A stretch of DNA of 64,000 bases from positions 3,968,001-4,032,000 of the forward strand of contig OZ241863.1 of NCBI GenBank assembly GCA_965203055.1. The letters are read 5' to 3'. Source of the DNA: Spirochaetia bacterium (GTDB taxonomy: Bacteria; Spirochaetota; Spirochaetia; SZUA-6; Bin103). Positions 57,266 through 64,000 of this stretch are shown here, piece after piece. Below the pieces are notes generated by a model. It ran no database searches. It saw only the letters and a program-made list of their open reading frames with translations, and had not been told where the DNA came from. Made by a program: the position numbers and the translations under genes. Position 1 is the first letter of the stretch. The number at the start of each line of letters is the position of its first letter.

Positions 57266-60137
57266 ACACCGGCTCCAGCGCCTTCGCGTCCGGGATGAAG
57301 GAATCGCCGTTGACGAAGACCGCGTCCGCCCCGGCGGTCAGGTCCCGTTCGGTCACGAACTCCCTGTCCCGGATCAGCTCCTCCTTCCGCCAGCCCTCCG
57401 TCTCGCGCCAGATGACCACCGCGGTCCGGTCTTCGACGCTGCCGCGATAGACCAGATAGCGGCGCCCGTCGTCGTGGTACACGCGGCGCGTCCGCACGCG
57501 CAGTCCCAGCAGGTAGTTGAAGGTCTCCGGCAGATCCGCGCCGGCATCGACGCCCAGCCGGTAATCGAACGGCCGATTCAGCTTCTCCACGTTCAGCAGG
57601 GTCGCGCTCGCGCGCGTCTCCCACTTGAGCAGGTACTTGAGCACGTAGTCGTCGAACTGCAGCGCCCGCTGGCCTGCCGCATCGTCGAACGCGATGTTGT
57701 TCAGCGCCTCCTCGTAGCTCTCCAGGCGATGGTACTTGACGATGCGCGGGCCGCGTTCAGCTTCGTCCCGGGTCGCCGTCCGCGCCGGCTTCCCGTCCTT
57801 CCACTCCGGCGTGAACGTGACCTTCTTCATTCGCGGCAGGAGAATGGCATCGAACTGGCCGCCGACTTCGACCAGGACGAACCTGCGCCGCGCGCCGTCG
57901 TCCCGGTTCAGGCGCATGACCGCGTGGCCGGTCGTGCCCGAGCCGGCGAAGTAATCCAACACCAGGCCGTCGGTTCCGTCCGCGGCGGCGCCGATCAGGT
58001 CGGCGTAGAATGACACCGGGTGCGCGTAGGGGAAGTCGTTCAACCCGAGCGAATCGAGCTCCGATTTGCCCCTCCTCGCATCCTGAAGCACGGAGGGAAG
58101 CTGACGGCTCGATGATTCGCGCAGCAACCGTTTCTGGCGTGGCTGCGTACTCTCGTCCGCTCCGAACAGTATTTCTCCCTGCGCCATCATCTCGCGCAGC
58201 GTAGCCGGCGTTCTCGAGAAGCCGTTGGGCGGAACCGGGCACGGCCGGCCGGTCGCCGGGTGTATCAAGGGCTCGAAGAACTTGGGATCCGTTCTCGGTT
58301 CCGGCGCCCGCAGACTCACGCTCGTGTATACCCTGCCCTCGTCGTCGAGATAGCGATACGCCTTCTCGCCGCCGCTCAGGGCATCGTTCCGGCGTATCCA
58401 GTCGGCGAATTGCGCTCTTGCCTGCTGCAGGGAAGCGGGATACTTGCGCACCAACTCCTTCGCCCGGTCCAGAATCGACTGCGCGTGACTCGTCCGCAGG
58501 TTGAGCGCGCGGTCCGACTTCGTTCTCCATATGACGTACTCGTGCTGAATCGCAATCCCGCCGCCCCCGGTCATCGGATTCCTCTTGTCCCAGACGATCG
58601 TGCCGGCGTTGGGGATGCCCAGTCGCTCGAACAGCAGGTGGAGCCGTTCGTACTCGTTCTCGTCGATGTGGCAGACCAACGAACCGCGGTCGTTCAGGAG
58701 CGCCGCGGCGCGGCGCAGGTGCTGCTCCATCATCGTCAGCCAGCTCGAATGCCGGTATGCGTTCTTGTACAGAAAACCGCTCGTCTGCGTATTGTAGGGA
58801 GGATCGACGTGTATGCAGCTTATCGTTCTCCGGTATGCGGCGTGCAGCAAGCTCAGTGCCTGGGTGTTGTCGCCATGCATCAGCAGACCGTCCAGCACGT
58901 CGTCCAGATCGTCGATACTGCCGATCAGGCGGTCGACGAAGTCGGGCGCGAAATGCCGGGTGTCGAGTACCAGCGCCGGATGGGTTTCCAGGAAGGTCAG
59001 GCGCCGGGCCGTGCGGTCGTCGATGCGGAACAGCTCCTTCCATTCCGCCCACTGCGGGTCGCAGGCGGCGATGTCGGGATAGAAGCTCCTGTCGATGTTG
59101 CCGACCGTGATGCAGTACCAGGTCTCGGTGATGAACTTGCGCTTCTCCCACAGCATCTTCCGGAAGCTCTCGATCTGATCCAGGAACTCGATGATCCGCC
59201 CCCCGACCGCCTTGATCGCCCGCATGACCTGGAACCAGTCTTCGGCCCGGCTCTCCCCGGCGGCCGCCAGCTCGTCCAGATCGAGCACCTCGTTCTTCAG
59301 ATAGAAATCGAGCTCCTGGGTGAGGAACCCCCGCAGGTTCTTGTGGATGAAGAAGTCGGAGGCGTTGCGCCGCGTGTAGCGGCGGAGGTGGTATTCCAGG
59401 AAGTCGACCGGCCGCCCGTCGCCGTTGCGGTGGCGCTCCGCCGTCAGCGCTGCCAGCGCCGCGCCGGCGCCACCCAACCGCCGGGGAATCTCGGCCAGGG
59501 CGGAGCGGATGATCGCCTCCTGCCGGTTCCTGCGGCCGTAGAAGGTCTCCTCCCGGCCGGTCAGGGGCCGGTATTCGAACGGGATCAGCACGAGCCCGGC
59601 TTCCGCGTCGCAGGTGATCTCCTCGACCTGCGGCAGGAAGAACCGTTTGTCGCCCTTGACGTCGTTCCGTTCCACGTTCGCGGCCCGCACCGTGAAGCGC
59701 ACGGTGACGCCCTGCCGCGCGAAGGCGTAGTCGCGAAAGTGCTCGTCCGACTTGACGTAGTACTGGTCGTCGTTCGCCCAGTAGAGATAGACCTCTTCGC
59801 CGTTGTAGGGAATGGCGTAGCGCTGCCGCCTGGAGTAGCGCCGCTTCGAGATGAAGTCGCCGTCCTGATAGTAGCGGCTGAAGAACGCGTGCAGATGGTT
59901 GTAGATGGCCGCCTCGGGCGCCTGCGCCTGGCCGGCGAGCGGACCGCGTTGCAGCTCCTCCGCGATGGTGCGCGGCAGGTCCTCGGCGATGAATGCCTCG
60001 ATCACGCCGCGCCGGTGGTTCATGATCCGGTAGATGCCGAAATCCAGGTCGGCGCAGTCGAACTGAAAGAGCTCGCGCAACAGATCCTGGAACTTATCCA
60101 AATTGACGTGTAGGGGCTGATATTGGGCTTTACACAT
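57231..60137 (-). CDS. mod: Type III R-M methyltransferase (Mod), copy 2, inverted, different catalytic/TRD core
   Basis: Same N- and C-termini as copy 1; HVDPPYN, FPYAHP, DYFAGSGTTGHAV. Start uncertain (ATG 60137 or TTG 60101). Confidence 0.9.
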   Translation of the reverse strand: MCKAQYQPLHVNLDKFQDLLRELFQFDCADLDFGIYRIMNHRRGVIEAFIAEDLPRTIAEELQRGPLAGQAQAPEAAIYNHLHAFFSRYYQDGDFISKRRYSRRQRYAIPYNGEEVYLYWANDDQYYVKSDEHFRDYAFARQGVTVRFTVRAANVERNDVKGDKRFFLPQVEEITCDAEAGLVLIPFEYRPLTGREETFYGRRNRQEAIIRSALAEIPRRLGGAGAALAALTAERHRNGDGRPVDFLEYHLRRYTRRNASDFFIHKNLRGFLTQELDFYLKNEVLDLDELAAAGESRAEDWFQVMRAIKAVGGRIIEFLDQIESFRKMLWEKRKFITETWYCITVGNIDRSFYPDIAACDPQWAEWKELFRIDDRTARRLTFLETHPALVLDTRHFAPDFVDRLIGSIDDLDDVLDGLLMHGDNTQALSLLHAAYRRTISCIHVDPPYNTQTSGFLYKNAYRHSSWLTMMEQHLRRAAALLNDRGSLVCHIDENEYERLHLLFERLGIPNAGTIVWDKRNPMTGGGGIAIQHEYVIWRTKSDRALNLRTSHAQSILDRAKELVRKYPASLQQARAQFADWIRRNDALSGGEKAYRYLDDEGRVYTSVSLRAPEPRTDPKFFEPLIHPATGRPCPVPPNGFSRTPATLREMMAQGEILFGADESTQPRQKRLLRESSSRQLPSVLQDARRGKSELDSLGLNDFPYAHPVSFYADLIGAAADGTDGLVLDYFAGSGTTGHAVMRLNRDDGARRRFVLVEVGGQFDAILLPRMKKVTFTPEWKDGKPARTATRDEAERGPRIVKYHRLESYEEALNNIAFDDAAGQRALQFDDYVLKYLLKWETRASATLLNVEKLNRPFDYRLGVDAGADLPETFNYLLGLRVRTRRVYHDDGRRYLVYRGSVEDRTAVVIWRETEGWRKEELIRDREFVTERDLTAGADAVFVNGDSFIPDAKALEPVFKARMFAPLEG

Positions 60138-60156
60138 CAACTTGGATGTATAAGCC
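60126..60156. promoter_or_regulatory. AT-rich imperfect palindrome at the 5' end of mod copy 2
   Basis: GGCTTTACACATC-AACTTG-GATGTATAAGCC. Confidence 0.5.
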
Positions 60157-60227
60157 GGGCGCGGGTCGTTGCCGCTCCTGCCGGCGGACGGGTCCGCCGG
60201 CAGGAGGGAAGATCAGCCGAGCGCCGG

Positions 60228-61118
60228 CTAGTCGGCGTGGAAGATGGAGAACATCATCCGCCGCGCGTGGCTCGACAGGGAGTCGTAGTTCTGCCAACCG
60301 CTGTATTGCTCGAGCTTGATGGACCCCGGCAGCGTAGCGATCAGCCCGAACACGGCGAACGGCCCGCCCTCTTCCTGCGCCTTCGTCATCTGCCCCATCA
60401 CTACGTCGTAGAGATCGTTGTAGTACTGGGCATTGTCACGCAGCACCTGCGGGTCGGTCGACACCGAGTGGGTGGTCAGGGCGTGTTCCAAATCCCATTC
60501 GCCGATGGTATTCAGAATCCTGCGGGTTCCGGTGAAGTTCTTGTCATCAACCCAGTCGGAGCCGGTGAGCGCCTGGTCCTCGTACAGGTCGGCGGTCAAT
60601 ACCACCTTCTGCCGCGGCAGGTACACCACGGTGGTCGCATCGCCGTCGCCGGGGCCGAGGTAGTGCAGTTCCACCGGCGTATCGCCGACCATGATCCGCT
60701 TGTAGTTGATGAAGCTCTCGAACGATTGCGGCACGTCATTGAACGGCGCCTCCGCCAGCGCGAATACCGGCCGGCAGTTGACGTGACAATGCACCGTCGC
60801 GTCCGGGAACAGACTGGTCCCGCCGGCGTGATCGAAATGCTCGTGCGTCAGCACGACGTGCGAGATCGGACTGTCGGTGAGCGTGCCGACGAAGTCCTGC
60901 AGCATCGGCCCCCGCAGGTTGTTTGCCGGCTCGGTCACCAGCACCTCCTCTCCCGAAACGACGACCAGGCTGCCGTAGCCCAGCGCGAACCAGTAGTATA
61001 CGCCGTCGGCAAGCTGGTTGGTGACCGGCGGCGGCATCTGCTGCGCGTGCAGGTTTACCGTCACCCCGGCCAGCGCCGCCGCCAACAAGGCGGCCCCTTT
61101 CTTGACTATCTTGGTCAC
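60228..61118 (-). CDS. Secreted MBL-fold metallo-hydrolase
   Basis: Signal peptide, VVLTHEHFDHAGG, VVLTADL, TTH; GAGGAGG RBS. Confidence 0.85.
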   Translation of the reverse strand: MTKIVKKGAALLAAALAGVTVNLHAQQMPPPVTNQLADGVYYWFALGYGSLVVVSGEEVLVTEPANNLRGPMLQDFVGTLTDSPISHVVLTHEHFDHAGGTSLFPDATVHCHVNCRPVFALAEAPFNDVPQSFESFINYKRIMVGDTPVELHYLGPGDGDATTVVYLPRQKVVLTADLYEDQALTGSDWVDDKNFTGTRRILNTIGEWDLEHALTTHSVSTDPQVLRDNAQYYNDLYDVVMGQMTKAQEEGGPFAVFGLIATLPGSIKLEQYSGWQNYDSLSSHARRMMFSIFHAD

Positions 61119-61231
61119 GATTCCGTCCTCCTCGATGTCCGATACGCGCCGCTTCCAACGGCGCTAGCCCGCAATGCTACCGCGTCCGGCCGCCGCGGTC
61201 AAACACATTTCCGCGGGCAGTCGGTAATTGC

Positions 61232-61825
<594 letters not shown>

Positions 61826-61850
61826 GCGTACTGCTCCATCGGCGCCGGGC

Positions 61851-64000
<2,150 letters not shown>

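Noticed and set aside
50000..61200. Dedicated invertase for the mod locus
   Set aside because: No tyrosine or serine recombinase motifs in any ORF in the window.

Overview
GC-rich bacterial chromosomal window (about 70% GC by eye). The solute-binding-protein N-termini and the gene mix suggest a Spirochaetota-like, possibly host-associated heterotroph; this is inference only. The backbone is ABC uptake and catabolic operons: four solute-binding proteins, peptide and sugar permeases, PhyH, ADP-ribosylglycohydrolase, a sialidase-like protein, epimerase, enolase-family enzyme, HAD and a sulfite/nitrite reductase. It is interleaved with defence-type genes, several of them lower in GC. These are: (i) a 5'-truncated YprA/DUF1998-like helicase tail fused to a STAND-type ATPase, plus a partner ATPase; (ii) an AAA+/PD-(D/E)xK protein; (iii) RloAB; (iv) Rpn with an internal start; (v) an orphan D12 methylase; (vi) AAA_14/DUF4143; (vii) a NYN RNase preceded by a promoter and structured leader RNA; (viii) VapBC; (ix) remnants of two large methylase genes; and (x) an internally shortened GmrSD-like gene followed by a Type III R-M locus arranged mod(+)-res(+)-mod(-). 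The two mod genes have near-identical N- and C-terminal thirds, forming nested inverted repeats, but different catalytic/target-recognition cores. This is the strongest candidate for an undescribed inversion-switchable Type III system. A G21 tract lies inside a promoter spacer. No rRNA, tRNA, CRISPR array, integrase or clear IS element was seen. All family calls come from motif recognition, not database searches.
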